From a virus, in IMG/VR virus record IMGVR_UViG_3300048015_000072, positions 1 to 64,000 of that record: a stretch of 64,000 nt of DNA. One strand, written 5' to 3'. Both the position numbers and the translations under genes were made by a program. Shown one piece after another: positions 28,448 to 38,308 of this stretch (the first letter of the stretch is position 1; each line of letters opens with the position of its first letter). A model generated the notes under the pieces. It was given only the letters and a program-made list of their open reading frames with translations, ran no database searches and was not told the DNA's origin.

Positions 28448-28691
28448 ATACGTCCCCCTTGGTTTTCCTAAAGATCAGCTTATTGATCTTGATGGTTAAA
28501 TAAGCAATTCGAACAGAACCCATCACACAATTTGGTAGGTCGATTAAATGCCTCATCATGTGGTTTAAAATCAACCCGACGTATTCGTTGGTAGTCAGCA
28601 CTTCTTCGGCCCTTTGGCTCTTTGCGATTGCCTGAACCGCAGAATCAAATAACAGCCCCAACCCAATTAGCAGACTTAAAAACAACATCAC
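28431..28691 (-). CDS. Small membrane protein
   Basis: Hydrophobic N-terminus; first gene after leftward promoter TTGCGT-17-TAACAT. Confidence 0.5.
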   Translation of the reverse strand: MMLFLSLLIGLGLLFDSAVQAIAKSQRAEEVLTTNEYVGLILNHMMRHLIDLPNCVMGSVRIAYLTIKINKLIFRKTKGDVYGKQQ

Positions 28692-28802
28692 TTACGTCCC
28701 CACAAAACATTAACCGTCACTATTTAACCCATGTTAGAATGATTTGGTGGGTTACGCAAGTTATTTAACCCTAAGAACCATATTGAGACGGAGAAAAAGA
28801 AC

Positions 28803-29213
28803 ATGAGCGAATCTAAAGACTTGCCCAAAAAACTTCCCCCAATGGAAAAAGAAATCGATCTGGATACCGAAGGAAAGATGACTAAGCGCCAATACAAGGG
28901 CCAATTCATACTACAAATACCGAACACCAAAATGAGAGCGAAGGCCGCAATCAAAAAGGCAGAACTCAATGGTGGAATAAAGGAAGAATTCTTAGATCAA
29001 GACGTAGTCAATTTCCATTTCATGGTCGCATACCTTTCAGCAATCATCAAAGAAGCCCCTAAATGGTGGAGAGAGTCCGAGAATGGTTACGCCCTTCACG
29101 ATGCAAACGTAGTCGAAGAACTCTATAGTATGGGCCAAGACTTTGAAGCAAAGTGGATAGACGAAGTTTGGGAAACTCCCAAGGCGAACAAAAAAAATGA
29201 GCCAAAAGGTTGA
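28803..29213 (+). CDS. Tail assembly chaperone 1
   Basis: Position before tape measure; Y.G.F....P, AP.WW motifs. Confidence 0.7.
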   Translation: MSESKDLPKKLPPMEKEIDLDTEGKMTKRQYKGQFILQIPNTKMRAKAAIKKAELNGGIKEEFLDQDVVNFHFMVAYLSAIIKEAPKWWRESENGYALHDANVVEELYSMGQDFEAKWIDEVWETPKANKKNEPKG

Positions 29214-29604
29214 TCCCAAATCAGACCCGCTTTTTAAACTAAAGCACATCGGTTATGTCATGGCCGTTGGTGCTCCTAGGGGTAAAGGCGATCTTGAGGA
29301 TTTAGTTCAAAACTGCAAGTTTATGCTTTGCCACGCCAGGGGTTATTTAATGGAAGACCCGGTTTGGGATAAGTACACCGACGAGCAAATCTTGACCGAG
29401 TATTTTGCCATGGAGTTTCGAAACAATAACGATTTCCGTAAAGAGTTTGAAGCTTTAGTCCCAGGCTACGATTACGACCCAACCATTGATGAATTCTTGT
29501 CGTGGTCAGAGGGTAAAATTGAAGAGAACGCTAAAGAACTCAAAACCTTGGAAGAAACGAAAGAAGAATTTGAGTTTACGCCAGCTTCAATGGGGGAAGT
29601 ATAA
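29197..29604 (+). CDS. Tail assembly chaperone 2
   Basis: Overlaps chaperone 1 at an A8 run; directly precedes tape measure; DP.W..YT.EQIL.EY motif. Confidence 0.65.
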   Translation: MSQKVDPKSDPLFKLKHIGYVMAVGAPRGKGDLEDLVQNCKFMLCHARGYLMEDPVWDKYTDEQILTEYFAMEFRNNNDFRKEFEALVPGYDYDPTIDEFLSWSEGKIEENAKELKTLEETKEEFEFTPASMGEV

Positions 29605-29607
29605 AAC

Positions 29608-31536
29608 ATGGCTTCAATTAAGATCAACGGGGACGTATCAGGCCTAAGCAAGTCGATCAAAGACGTAACCCGACTTACGCGTGAACTTGGAAAAAACAAA
29701 GTATCTTTAATTTCACCTGAAACCCAAAAGTTCTTCGATGGTCTTGCAAGCAAAGAAATCGATAAGGTTAAATCCAAAATTGAGCAATCAGAGCGCGTAG
29801 CCGGTAAACTTGCCGAGCGAATGAACGACACTGCTCGAAGTACCGCAAATCGCTTGAAGGATGAAAAGTCTTATTTAACGGTGCTCCAAAAACAAGCTGA
29901 GATGATCAAGACGATCAAATTCTACGAAGCGGATAAACGTCCAGGCTTCATTGAAGGCGCGGGTAAAGCCGCTAGAGGACTTCCCGGAGTAGGCAAGGTT
30001 ACGGGTGCAATCGGGGAAATGGGCCTTGCTGGAGGCCTTGGAATGCTTGCAGGGGGGGCTGCAATTGGCGCTGGAGTTTACGGAGTAAGTAGGCTCGCAA
30101 AAGGTTACGGCGTTTATTCTCAAGGCATTCCGTCTCGAATTGGTCTTATGGGTCGTGGAGCTTATGATGGCAGTATCGCCGGAGAAAACCAACAAGGTTT
30201 TGCGCAAACCGGAATGGATGGCGAAGCCGTAAGACAAGCCAGACTTCAATCTATGGATATCTTTGGGGCTGGTGGATCTGATCAAAAATCAGTTTTAGGT
30301 CGAGCCCAATTCGCCACAAACTACGGAATTGATCTTTCGACATTGCAGGGGGCGGGAGCCGGAATGCAGTCGCAAGTCGGCACTAAAGGTGCAAACCGCG
30401 ATATTTTAAAACTTCAAGCTTCACTACAGGCAAGCGAAATTAAAGATGCAATTGGTCCTTACCTTGAAAGTGCAGCGTCACTTTTAAGCGACATTCGTCA
30501 AAACGGACTTGTGAACTCAAATGAAGTGTTGGGGTTGATGTCGAGTATAACGAAGCTTGGCAATTCCCCACAAAGAGCTGCCCAACAAATCTCTGGGTTT
30601 AATAATGCCGTAACTAATTCCAGCGGTGAAACCAACGCGCTTTTACAGATGGCTTTTAACAAAGCGGGAATAGGTGGAGGCACCATCGGTGGAACTCAGG
30701 CAGCTATCCGCTCAAGCGGTATTTTTGGACTCAATCTTGACGACTATAAAGGGCTATCTGACGATGCTAGGAAAAACTTTAAGTCGATGGGATTTGAGCA
30801 AGGTGCAGATAAACGGATAGGTGCAATCTTAGATCAAGGTGATCAAATCTTTGGTCGAGGCAAAGGTAAAAAACAAAGCCAAGATCAAATGCTTGCTCAA
30901 GACCGATTCATGATGCCAATCCTCGGTGCAAAATCTGAGGTTGAAGCCGAAGACATGATGGGAATGTTCAGACGGGGACAAACCAATCCAAAAGAAATGC
31001 AAGCTTTTGAAGCTAAACTCAAAGACAACAACGCAACTCCTGAAGAAAAAAGCCTTGATAACTTAAAAAAGATCGTCACAACTCAAGAGGGCGCTTTAAG
31101 AGCTTTGGAAACAATCCGCCAAGTTGAACTAGAAAAAATGGGCGGACAAGTAGCACCCGCAGTAATGAAGATGCAAGATGCTTTATTTCATATCGATAAA
31201 GTCATATCGAGAGTTTTCGGGGGAATTGCTGGAGTAGTTGACGTGCTTAGCGGAGGCTCTTCTCCAGGAACTCCGAATTCTCAAAAAAGCATGTTTGATT
31301 TATCCAAATACATGCCAGAGTCTTTATCGAATCCAACGCCCGAGCGTGGAGTACTTCCTCAAGAAGCACAAGATGCTATGGCAAAAGGTCAATCAGTGAA
31401 CAAAGTATCAACTGATGACATTCAAAAAGCAATTTTGGACATTCAAAAAGAACAACTTAATTACATGAAAAAAACCTCGCAAGCGGTATCGAAACCAAAA
31501 GGTGCGATTCCGGCGAGTGGAAGAATGACTAACTAA
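29608..31536 (+). CDS. Tape measure protein (short, 642 aa)
   Basis: Ala/Gly-rich helical protein with a hydrophobic segment, between chaperones and hub. Confidence 0.8.
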   Translation: MASIKINGDVSGLSKSIKDVTRLTRELGKNKVSLISPETQKFFDGLASKEIDKVKSKIEQSERVAGKLAERMNDTARSTANRLKDEKSYLTVLQKQAEMIKTIKFYEADKRPGFIEGAGKAARGLPGVGKVTGAIGEMGLAGGLGMLAGGAAIGAGVYGVSRLAKGYGVYSQGIPSRIGLMGRGAYDGSIAGENQQGFAQTGMDGEAVRQARLQSMDIFGAGGSDQKSVLGRAQFATNYGIDLSTLQGAGAGMQSQVGTKGANRDILKLQASLQASEIKDAIGPYLESAASLLSDIRQNGLVNSNEVLGLMSSITKLGNSPQRAAQQISGFNNAVTNSSGETNALLQMAFNKAGIGGGTIGGTQAAIRSSGIFGLNLDDYKGLSDDARKNFKSMGFEQGADKRIGAILDQGDQIFGRGKGKKQSQDQMLAQDRFMMPILGAKSEVEAEDMMGMFRRGQTNPKEMQAFEAKLKDNNATPEEKSLDNLKKIVTTQEGALRALETIRQVELEKMGGQVAPAVMKMQDALFHIDKVISRVFGGIAGVVDVLSGGSSPGTPNSQKSMFDLSKYMPESLSNPTPERGVLPQEAQDAMAKGQSVNKVSTDDIQKAILDIQKEQLNYMKKTSQAVSKPKGAIPASGRMTN

Positions 31537-33152
31537 TGGCTTTTCGTAACTTAACCAAATCAGTAGTTTCTCAGTGTCAAGTTGTGGTGTTTCCATACGT
31601 CAATCAGGTCATATCGGAAACTGCGACGATTGATGAAACCATGAAGACTACGACTCTTGATGTTTCGCCGTACTTAACCAATTGCAATTTTAGTAAGACG
31701 CTATCTTCACCTTCGGGATCTTTCAGTTTCAGCCTTGCACCTTCACAAGACTGGAAAGCGATGATCAAGCCTGGAACTTGGTGTCTGATTTACATGAGCC
31801 AAGACGGTGATTTGAAAATCTCGAATCCAGGAGATGCTCAACTTCTTCCAACTGATCTTTTAAAGCAAAAAGCAAAATGTAGAGGCATTTGCTATATTGA
31901 GCGAGTAGCACTTAGAAACGATTTGAACGAAACTGGCACGGTTGAATACTCTTATGAGTTTTCAGGGCGGGACTTTGGTATCATCTACGATGAAACCAAC
32001 ATATGGCATGATTACTTTCAGTTCGACAAAACCTTTTTTGATTCTTTGAGTGCTTTGGTAAATGTAAACGCAAACCCTACCGTTGATACTTTAATTGAAA
32101 CCATTCACAACTTGTTCTTTTCCCCTAAAAGACTGGCAAGTCTTGCAAGTAACTCAAATCTCGATGTCAAAAATAATTCAGTTCTTCAAGTGGGTTCCCA
32201 ATGGATTTTGCCCGAGTCAATGTTATCGGCTTTGGGGCTAGATACAGTTGATGGTCAAAATGAAAACTATTATGGGAACATCAAAGGCCTTCTCGACAAC
32301 TTGCAATCGGTAAAAGCGAATTATCCAGTTGAGAATGTTTTGTCGTTGTTAACTGGAAATGCCTGGACTCAACTTCGTGCTTATTCGGTTGAACAATTTC
32401 ATGAGTTATATCCAGAGTTATCAGATCAAAGTGTTCCACAATTAAATTTTAGACCAATCCCTTGGAAAACGAACCCAACGGGGTATCCTTCAATTGAAGG
32501 TTCCATTAATTCTATGATTGATCTGATTCCGTTCTCGGGCGTTGAATTAAACACCCAAGATATATTCAGCTACGAAATTGGAGAAGATGATCACAGTCGT
32601 TACAATCATTTTTACTTGTCGCTTCAGTTAGCAAACCTAGACTCCAATTCCAATATTGCACTACTCAGAAATAACCCAAGTGCTGCAAACAGAACATTTC
32701 CCTATGGTGAGACCAATTCCATTGCAAGGCATGGCTTCCGTCCGCATCACACAACGGTAAATAGTCTATACAATCTATCGAAAGGTGCGACAGCCGATCC
32801 GAAGCTACTAGTCGAGTACAACGAAGTGCTTTTCGATTATTTTAACAATGCTGTATTTTATGAGAACGGAACGCTTAGTCAAATCGGGAGAAACGACGTA
32901 AGACTTGGCAAAGTCATTACGTTTGATTCTCAAATGCCATATCTCGTAAATCGAATTTTTTATTTAGAGGCTTATTCAGATGAATTTTCGGTAGACGACA
33001 AAGGAGTGGGTTCTTGGAATCAAACTTTGACCCTAACTCGTGGAACGGATTTACAAAAGCTCAAAGATCAACTCAATAAGAACTCGAACAACGATCTCAA
33101 CCTTAGTGAGGAAGTAACAGAAGACCTTGGTACTTTTGTGAAGAAAAACTAA
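31536..33152 (+). CDS. Baseplate hub protein
   Basis: SKTL..PSGSFSFSL, SGRDFG, HGFRP, QTLTLTRG. Confidence 0.75.
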   Translation: MAFRNLTKSVVSQCQVVVFPYVNQVISETATIDETMKTTTLDVSPYLTNCNFSKTLSSPSGSFSFSLAPSQDWKAMIKPGTWCLIYMSQDGDLKISNPGDAQLLPTDLLKQKAKCRGICYIERVALRNDLNETGTVEYSYEFSGRDFGIIYDETNIWHDYFQFDKTFFDSLSALVNVNANPTVDTLIETIHNLFFSPKRLASLASNSNLDVKNNSVLQVGSQWILPESMLSALGLDTVDGQNENYYGNIKGLLDNLQSVKANYPVENVLSLLTGNAWTQLRAYSVEQFHELYPELSDQSVPQLNFRPIPWKTNPTGYPSIEGSINSMIDLIPFSGVELNTQDIFSYEIGEDDHSRYNHFYLSLQLANLDSNSNIALLRNNPSAANRTFPYGETNSIARHGFRPHHTTVNSLYNLSKGATADPKLLVEYNEVLFDYFNNAVFYENGTLSQIGRNDVRLGKVITFDSQMPYLVNRIFYLEAYSDEFSVDDKGVGSWNQTLTLTRGTDLQKLKDQLNKNSNNDLNLSEEVTEDLGTFVKKN

Positions 33153-34091
33153 ATGGCTAGGGTAATGACCGATGATTCCATTTTGTCTGCGAACCAATCC
33201 CGTAAGCATCTTATGGAGAAAAACCGCATCGATAATAAAGACATGCTTTGTAGAGGCATGGTCTTAAAGGTTAATTACGTCGATGATAAATTGAATCTAA
33301 CAAGCAATACCCAAAATCCGGAAGTCACATACGACGTCATTTTATCCTCTGGTCCCATGGAAGGACAAATTCTTAGCAACGTAAGAAAAATGGGAATATT
33401 GGGCGGGCAATACAATTTTAGTGAGATCGTATTACGTCAAGCATCCAAACCGTTTTCGGGAACCGGAGCAAAGGATTTCAACAATCAGGACGGAGATATA
33501 GTTTACGTTTTATTTGTAAACGGAAATCTGTCATCTCCTGCAATTGTTGGACTTGGCAATCACCCTTTGGATGCCACAAATACCGGGGCCACTAAAACAG
33601 ATGGACCTCGTTTGATCGAGCAATTTAACGGCGTAAACACCCTTATTGATAAGAACGGAAACTACACGATCACCCGCAAAGGTGGATCATACGACGCCGT
33701 AAAAGACGCATTTGTTCCAGTGGACGCGGGTAACGAAGCTCAAATTAAATTCACCTCCAATAAAATGACTTTGAGTTCAAACGGCCAAATGGTTGAGCAA
33801 GTTATCGATGGGGCGGCTCAAAAATTAACTGTGACCATGCAGTCTGGAGTTACTCTCACGATAGATGGTGCAGGAAATAGCATTACGATTAAAGATTCAG
33901 GGGGCGGTACTCTAAAGATTGCCAACGGTAAAGTTGGGCTTGGGGGATCAAGCGCCGAAGTCGTAGATCTTATATCTCAAATTGCAATGGCCCTTACCCA
34001 ATCACTTGGAAACCTTGGATACAATCTAAGCAACGCCGCTACATTCGCACAAATTCAAGCCAAGGCCGATGGAATCAAAGGCGGCATCTAA
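33153..34091 (+). CDS. Baseplate central spike (gpV-like)
   Basis: OB-fold DGDIVYVLFVNG...P.IVG followed by beta-helix repeats. Confidence 0.75.
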   Translation: MARVMTDDSILSANQSRKHLMEKNRIDNKDMLCRGMVLKVNYVDDKLNLTSNTQNPEVTYDVILSSGPMEGQILSNVRKMGILGGQYNFSEIVLRQASKPFSGTGAKDFNNQDGDIVYVLFVNGNLSSPAIVGLGNHPLDATNTGATKTDGPRLIEQFNGVNTLIDKNGNYTITRKGGSYDAVKDAFVPVDAGNEAQIKFTSNKMTLSSNGQMVEQVIDGAAQKLTVTMQSGVTLTIDGAGNSITIKDSGGGTLKIANGKVGLGGSSAEVVDLISQIAMALTQSLGNLGYNLSNAATFAQIQAKADGIKGGI

Positions 34092-34729
34092 TGCTAAACG
34101 CCTCAAGCCTAGCTGACGAATTAAGAGTCGCAATCGGATTTCCGCCCCCTACTTCACCAATTCTAGAAGGTTGGGCATCAGCCTTTTTAAATGAGTTACA
34201 ATCCAACGCTATTGTCACTAATAGCCTCGTTACGGGGTCGTGCCCGCCGGGGGGTAGCTTGGGAGGGGGAGCCTCAGTCGGGGGCTTAATATCAGGTTTA
34301 AGCGGCTCTAGGCTCGCCTCGGCGACTGCAAGTGCATCGGCATACCCTTCAGTCACATCAAAACTATCGGGATATTCCTCTCAAATTGTTTTAGAGATTA
34401 TGAGTTTTGGACTGGTATCATTTGCATCGGGAAACATCACGGGGAGTTGTACGAATTCTCCAGTATCGCCCGGATCTCTTGCAGGGGGCGCTGGAGCTAA
34501 TGGAGTCATAAGCGGTTTAAGTGGATCAAGACTTGCTTCCGCAATTCACAATACTTCTGGATATTCCGGTTCAGTTTCACCAAGTCTTTTAAAATTCTCT
34601 ACCGCAATCGTGGATCACCTACAAAACAACGGCGTTGCTTCTTACGCTGCGGGTTCAGTTACGGGTACTTGTCCAGCGGGCGGTGGAAGCTTATCGGGCG
34701 GCATGGCTTCGGGGGGAAAGATCTCATAG
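34091..34729 (+). CDS. Gly/Ser-rich duplicated-domain protein, possible spike tip
   Basis: ISGLSGSRLASA x2; (V/I)TG(S/T)C x3. Confidence 0.5.
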   Translation: MLNASSLADELRVAIGFPPPTSPILEGWASAFLNELQSNAIVTNSLVTGSCPPGGSLGGGASVGGLISGLSGSRLASATASASAYPSVTSKLSGYSSQIVLEIMSFGLVSFASGNITGSCTNSPVSPGSLAGGAGANGVISGLSGSRLASAIHNTSGYSGSVSPSLLKFSTAIVDHLQNNGVASYAAGSVTGTCPAGGGSLSGGMASGGKIS

Positions 34730-34745
34730 TTGTTTAACCTTCTGA

Positions 34746-34774
34746 TTGCTATTTAACCCAAATCTGGTTAAATT
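34746..34774 (+). promoter_or_regulatory. Sigma70-type promoter with embedded palindromic operator
   Basis: TTGCTA-17-TAAATT overlapping ATTTAACC-N7-GGTTAAAT. Confidence 0.7.
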
Positions 34775-34794
34775 GATACAAACGGGAGGGTTCA

Positions 34795-34968
34795 GTGACC
34801 GTATTCTTCTACAATTTCGTTTTAAAACTAGCGCTTATGACTTTTTTCATTTCACTAATTCAATTCCATAGCATCTTGGACATTTGGGTTTTGCTGGTTT
34901 CTGGATTCGTCTCGATTTTTGCTTACGGGGTAAGCCGCGGCTACATCGATGCAGGTCTAGATGTTTAA
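34795..34968 (+). CDS. Small membrane protein (57 aa, not in ORF track)
   Basis: GGGAGGG RBS, GTG start, two hydrophobic segments. Confidence 0.55.
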   Translation: MTVFFYNFVLKLALMTFFISLIQFHSILDIWVLLVSGFVSIFAYGVSRGYIDAGLDV

Positions 34969-35464
34969 CAATCTTCAATTTTTCAATGTGGGGGACGTAG
35001 TAGTTATTGATGACGTTTCAACTCTCGATACGGATTTTTTTTCGGTTGGGGATGTAGGACACGTAATCAAAGACGACGGTACGTTTTATCATGTCGAAGT
35101 TACTCGGGCCAATGGAAAAACCATGGTGGGAGTACTCTACGGTTCTCAGCTTAAAAAAGCGATCAATCAAAAACTTCCCTACGGTCACATGAACCCGGGT
35201 TTTCCCAAAGATCATAAAGACACATCTTCTGGGCTCAATTTTCCAATGTCAGAAGATCCAGATTGGCTAATCAGTAAATCCAAGCCAGAAATCAAAAAAC
35301 TCACCGAAAAAGAAAAGCAACGGGCTTTTTTCTTTCCGGATCGACATTCTGATTTGAGTGTATTGCAGCGCGAACGTATCAAACGCGGTGAATGCCCCCA
35401 TTGTGGCGATCCTGGAACTTTTAGTCATTTCGCATACGTCTGTAAAAAACACGGCGAGTTCTAA
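34961..35464 (+). CDS. SH3-like plus C-terminal Zn-ribbon protein
   Basis: FNVGDVVV; CPHCG...C..HG. Confidence 0.55.
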   Translation: MFNNLQFFNVGDVVVIDDVSTLDTDFFSVGDVGHVIKDDGTFYHVEVTRANGKTMVGVLYGSQLKKAINQKLPYGHMNPGFPKDHKDTSSGLNFPMSEDPDWLISKSKPEIKKLTEKEKQRAFFFPDRHSDLSVLQRERIKRGECPHCGDPGTFSHFAYVCKKHGEF

Positions 35465-35546
35465 TCTCAAATTGAAATGGGTTGAATAAAAAGGTTGAAT
35501 AACTTGTGAGCATTGTTTAACCTAAATTCAGTTGGGGGGACGTAAT

Positions 35547-35744
35547 ATGCAATTGATACCTAAGTTTGAATCTACAAGAATGTTGAGATTGGTTCACTTG
35601 GACCGTAACTTGTTTTCTGAATTCGAAGATCTCACAATCCGAAGAGACTTCAACCAGGAACAGGCTCTTTTAATTCTTTTTAATTCCTACGTGCTCGATG
35701 ACGCTTCTTTAATGGACCAATATCAAAACGAGGTGGAGCAATGA
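35547..35744 (+). CDS. Hypothetical protein
   Basis: ATG 35547 after GGGGGA. Confidence 0.5.
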   Translation: MQLIPKFESTRMLRLVHLDRNLFSEFEDLTIRRDFNQEQALLILFNSYVLDDASLMDQYQNEVEQ

Positions 35745-36106
35745 AATCACAAATTAAGCATCAATTTGTGAGCGCCTTGAGAAGTGGCGATTACCAACAA
35801 GGCCAACAACGCCTAAAAAACCATGATGAAGAATTTTGTGTATTGGGAGTGCTTTGCGATTTAGCGGTTAAGGCCGGAGTTGTGAAGTGGGAAGACTGGG
35901 GATCTGGTTTTGGTTTTAAGGGTGAGCTTTACTTAATTCCAACCGAGGTCGCTGTTTGGGCTGGATTAAATTCGCTCAACGGAAGTTTACCTCACCGAGC
36001 TGAAACTCTGCACATCGATCACCATACTCTAAGCTCCATGAACGATAGCGGATGGGATTTTAAAGAGATTGCGGATTTGGTCGAAATGATTGGGGAGGCT
36101 ATATGA
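35741..36106 (+). CDS. Conserved phage hypothetical protein
   Basis: ALRSG.YQQG...L...FCVLGVLCDL...MND.G.DF.EIAD motif. Confidence 0.65.
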   Translation: MKSQIKHQFVSALRSGDYQQGQQRLKNHDEEFCVLGVLCDLAVKAGVVKWEDWGSGFGFKGELYLIPTEVAVWAGLNSLNGSLPHRAETLHIDHHTLSSMNDSGWDFKEIADLVEMIGEAI

Positions 36107-36360
36107 TTAAGGCATTTCAGTTTTTGTTTGGGAACATGATTGCAGACTACGAGGTCTGGAGTGAAATACAAAGCCATATACACGATGCAAAACGACTTGG
36201 GAACAAACAAGTCAGTTACCAAAAAGGAAGCTTTGGTGACGCTAAGTACTTCAATAGCATTATGGCAAATCGTCGAAAGCTTCAGGCCGAAGGCTACGAG
36301 GTTCATCAAGCAAATATGCAGGGACGAGAGTTATTGCTTGTTCAGTGGATGGCCCAATGA
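36103..36360 (+). CDS. Hypothetical protein
   Basis: GGAGG RBS; ATGA coupling. Confidence 0.5.
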   Translation: MIKAFQFLFGNMIADYEVWSEIQSHIHDAKRLGNKQVSYQKGSFGDAKYFNSIMANRRKLQAEGYEVHQANMQGRELLLVQWMAQ

Positions 36361-36794
36361 AAGTCGTATTCTTAGGCTCAAACCCTTCAGCCCTCAATGA
36401 TGATCCAAATGTAGCCTTCAAAGGTTCGGCATCTTACCCGCGTCTTTTGAAGTGGATTGAGTTTTTCAAATTGAACATAGATGACGTTGTGCTTTTAAAT
36501 TGTTCGAACCGAGTACTTGAAAAAGGTGAGAAACTTTCAGACGAAGACATCGATCTTTCAATGCTCAAGTACATTGTACAGGAAGACACGAAGATTGTGG
36601 CATTGGGACAAATTGCGGCAAAGGCCGTTGAAAAACTAAAGTTAGATTTCTTTGTGTTACCTCATCCGAGTCCACTGAACCGTATGCTCAATGACGAGAA
36701 GGCTTTGATGGTTTTACTCAACCAATGCCGGTTCTGGATTCACAAGGATGGCTCGTTCAACTCGATTACCAAAACGTATTTGAAGGCACTGTAA
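36357..36794 (+). CDS. Uracil-DNA glycosylase-like protein
   Basis: VVFLGSNPS, IVALG..A, LPHPSPLN motifs. Confidence 0.8.
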   Translation: MKVVFLGSNPSALNDDPNVAFKGSASYPRLLKWIEFFKLNIDDVVLLNCSNRVLEKGEKLSDEDIDLSMLKYIVQEDTKIVALGQIAAKAVEKLKLDFFVLPHPSPLNRMLNDEKALMVLLNQCRFWIHKDGSFNSITKTYLKAL

Positions 36795-36826
36795 TTGTAT
36801 TGCTTTGAGATTCGGTTAAATAGCTA

Positions 36827-36853
36827 TCAAGTTATTCAACCCAATACCGATGA
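36827..36853 (+). promoter_or_regulatory. Sigma28 (FliA)-like promoter
   Basis: TCAA-N15-ACCGATGA with TATTCAACC in the spacer; AGGAGG RBS downstream. Confidence 0.55.
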
Positions 36854-36874
36854 GTTAAACAGGAGGAAAGCTGT

Positions 36875-37207
36875 ATGTATATTCTAACTCTCAATAACCG
36901 ACCCCTTGGAGACAATGTTTATCCCACTCGTTTGGAAGCGCAACAGGCATTTGACCTTTTGACTGACAGTGCAATTGCCAAATATTGGCAAGCCATTGAA
37001 AACAAACAAATGCGGAAGAGCCAAGAGATCCGAATGTTGATCAAGCGTCTTCTTAAAGGTGTTAGGATTCAAAACATCACAGAGGCCGTCAAACGCTCCG
37101 AACTTAGGGCTAATCCAACTCTCGAGATTGTTAAAACCGAAACCTTTAGCGAAGCACCGAAGGCTCCAAAACACGCATCCCGTTGGACCCGCTTTGCGGA
37201 TATGTAA
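36875..37207 (+). CDS. Hypothetical protein
   Basis: AGGAGG RBS. Confidence 0.6.
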   Translation: MYILTLNNRPLGDNVYPTRLEAQQAFDLLTDSAIAKYWQAIENKQMRKSQEIRMLIKRLLKGVRIQNITEAVKRSELRANPTLEIVKTETFSEAPKAPKHASRWTRFADM

Positions 37208-37218
37208 GAGGGAATTGT

Positions 37219-37680
37219 ATGTATAAATTTGAAAGCAAAATTGGCAATCACTTGGAGATTTCAGTTACGAGCCACTCTCACTCTTTAACTGACGTCATTC
37301 AAGCTTTTGAAGACTTCTTGAAAGCTAGCGGATTTGTGTTTGATGGGGGTTTGATTATTTCCAATTCGGCAGATGATCAAAAAACTAGAATTCGAAACCT
37401 CGTAGACCGGGGATATTTCCGAACTGAAGAAGAGTACCACGCGGAAGCATTGAAGCTTTTAGAGAACAAAATCTTGGATGAGGAAAGCAAGCTTGAAGAA
37501 GCCTACCGATTTCAAAACGAAAAAGACGATTACGAGGAAGAAATTATCAATGATTTTAAGTCGGAAATTGAAAAACTTGATCTAGCACCAAACTGCGCAG
37601 ATCCAGTTCAGTTTTGTAGTAATTGCGAATGTGGCAAGAAAGATGCGTTTTTATCAAAACTTGAAGGGATAAAGTCATGA
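37219..37680 (+). CDS. Hypothetical protein
   Basis: FEDFLKASGF motif; start ATG 37219 after GAGGG. Confidence 0.55.
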   Translation: MYKFESKIGNHLEISVTSHSHSLTDVIQAFEDFLKASGFVFDGGLIISNSADDQKTRIRNLVDRGYFRTEEEYHAEALKLLENKILDEESKLEEAYRFQNEKDDYEEEIINDFKSEIEKLDLAPNCADPVQFCSNCECGKKDAFLSKLEGIKS

Positions 37681-37835
37681 TTTTTTGGATTGACCTAGAG
37701 ACAACCGGCCTTGAGATACACGATTACAATGACCATAAATATGTTTCCAAATATTGGGCAGATAAAGCGATTAGCTATGAGGACATAGCCCGCGAAGCCC
37801 TCGCAAAACACGGCCAGGGCGCGGGGGAAAAATGA
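37677..37835 (+). pseudogene. Chimeric remnant starting with a DEDD exonuclease/oligoribonuclease motif I
   Basis: MIFWIDLETTGL followed by unrelated sequence; 52 aa; coupled at both ends. Confidence 0.55.
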
Positions 37836-38059
37836 AAACTGAGCGGCAAATCAAAAACGCTATTAAAAAGCTACTGGATAACGTTGATGAGGCTCGCGAG
37901 ATTGCTAGTGAAATTATGGATGCCTTCGGCAAATGTCCGGCTTTTTACGATAAGCACTGGGAAGCATATTACAAAGAAGAAGCGGCAGAATATTTTGCTT
38001 ACTATCTCCTTAAAAAGGAATGGACATTTCGAAATGGTAACCGATCTGACTTGCGATAA
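37832..38059 (+). CDS. Hypothetical protein
   Basis: Coupled in operon. Confidence 0.5.
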   Translation: MKTERQIKNAIKKLLDNVDEAREIASEIMDAFGKCPAFYDKHWEAYYKEEAAEYFAYYLLKKEWTFRNGNRSDLR

Positions 38060-38062
38060 CTG

Positions 38063-38302
38063 ATGTCGCAAGAGCAATTAACGCAATTGGAGTGGAATAT
38101 GGAATTATATAAGGTTAGGCGCTGGAATAAAGAGTTGCAGATCGTTGAATACGTTGAATTAACAAAAGAAGAGATCGCAAGAATCGCTGATAGTCTTCAA
38201 ATTAATATGACTGATATAGCCCTGATATTTTTAAACGAAGAACGAAGAAAATTAGGACTTACACCATTTTCAAAAGAATCAGTTGCAGAAGACTACTTGT
38301 AA
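38063..38302 (+). CDS. Hypothetical protein
   Basis: Operon context; start uncertain. Confidence 0.45.
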   Translation: MSQEQLTQLEWNMELYKVRRWNKELQIVEYVELTKEEIARIADSLQINMTDIALIFLNEERRKLGLTPFSKESVAEDYL

Positions 38303-38308
38303 TAACCG

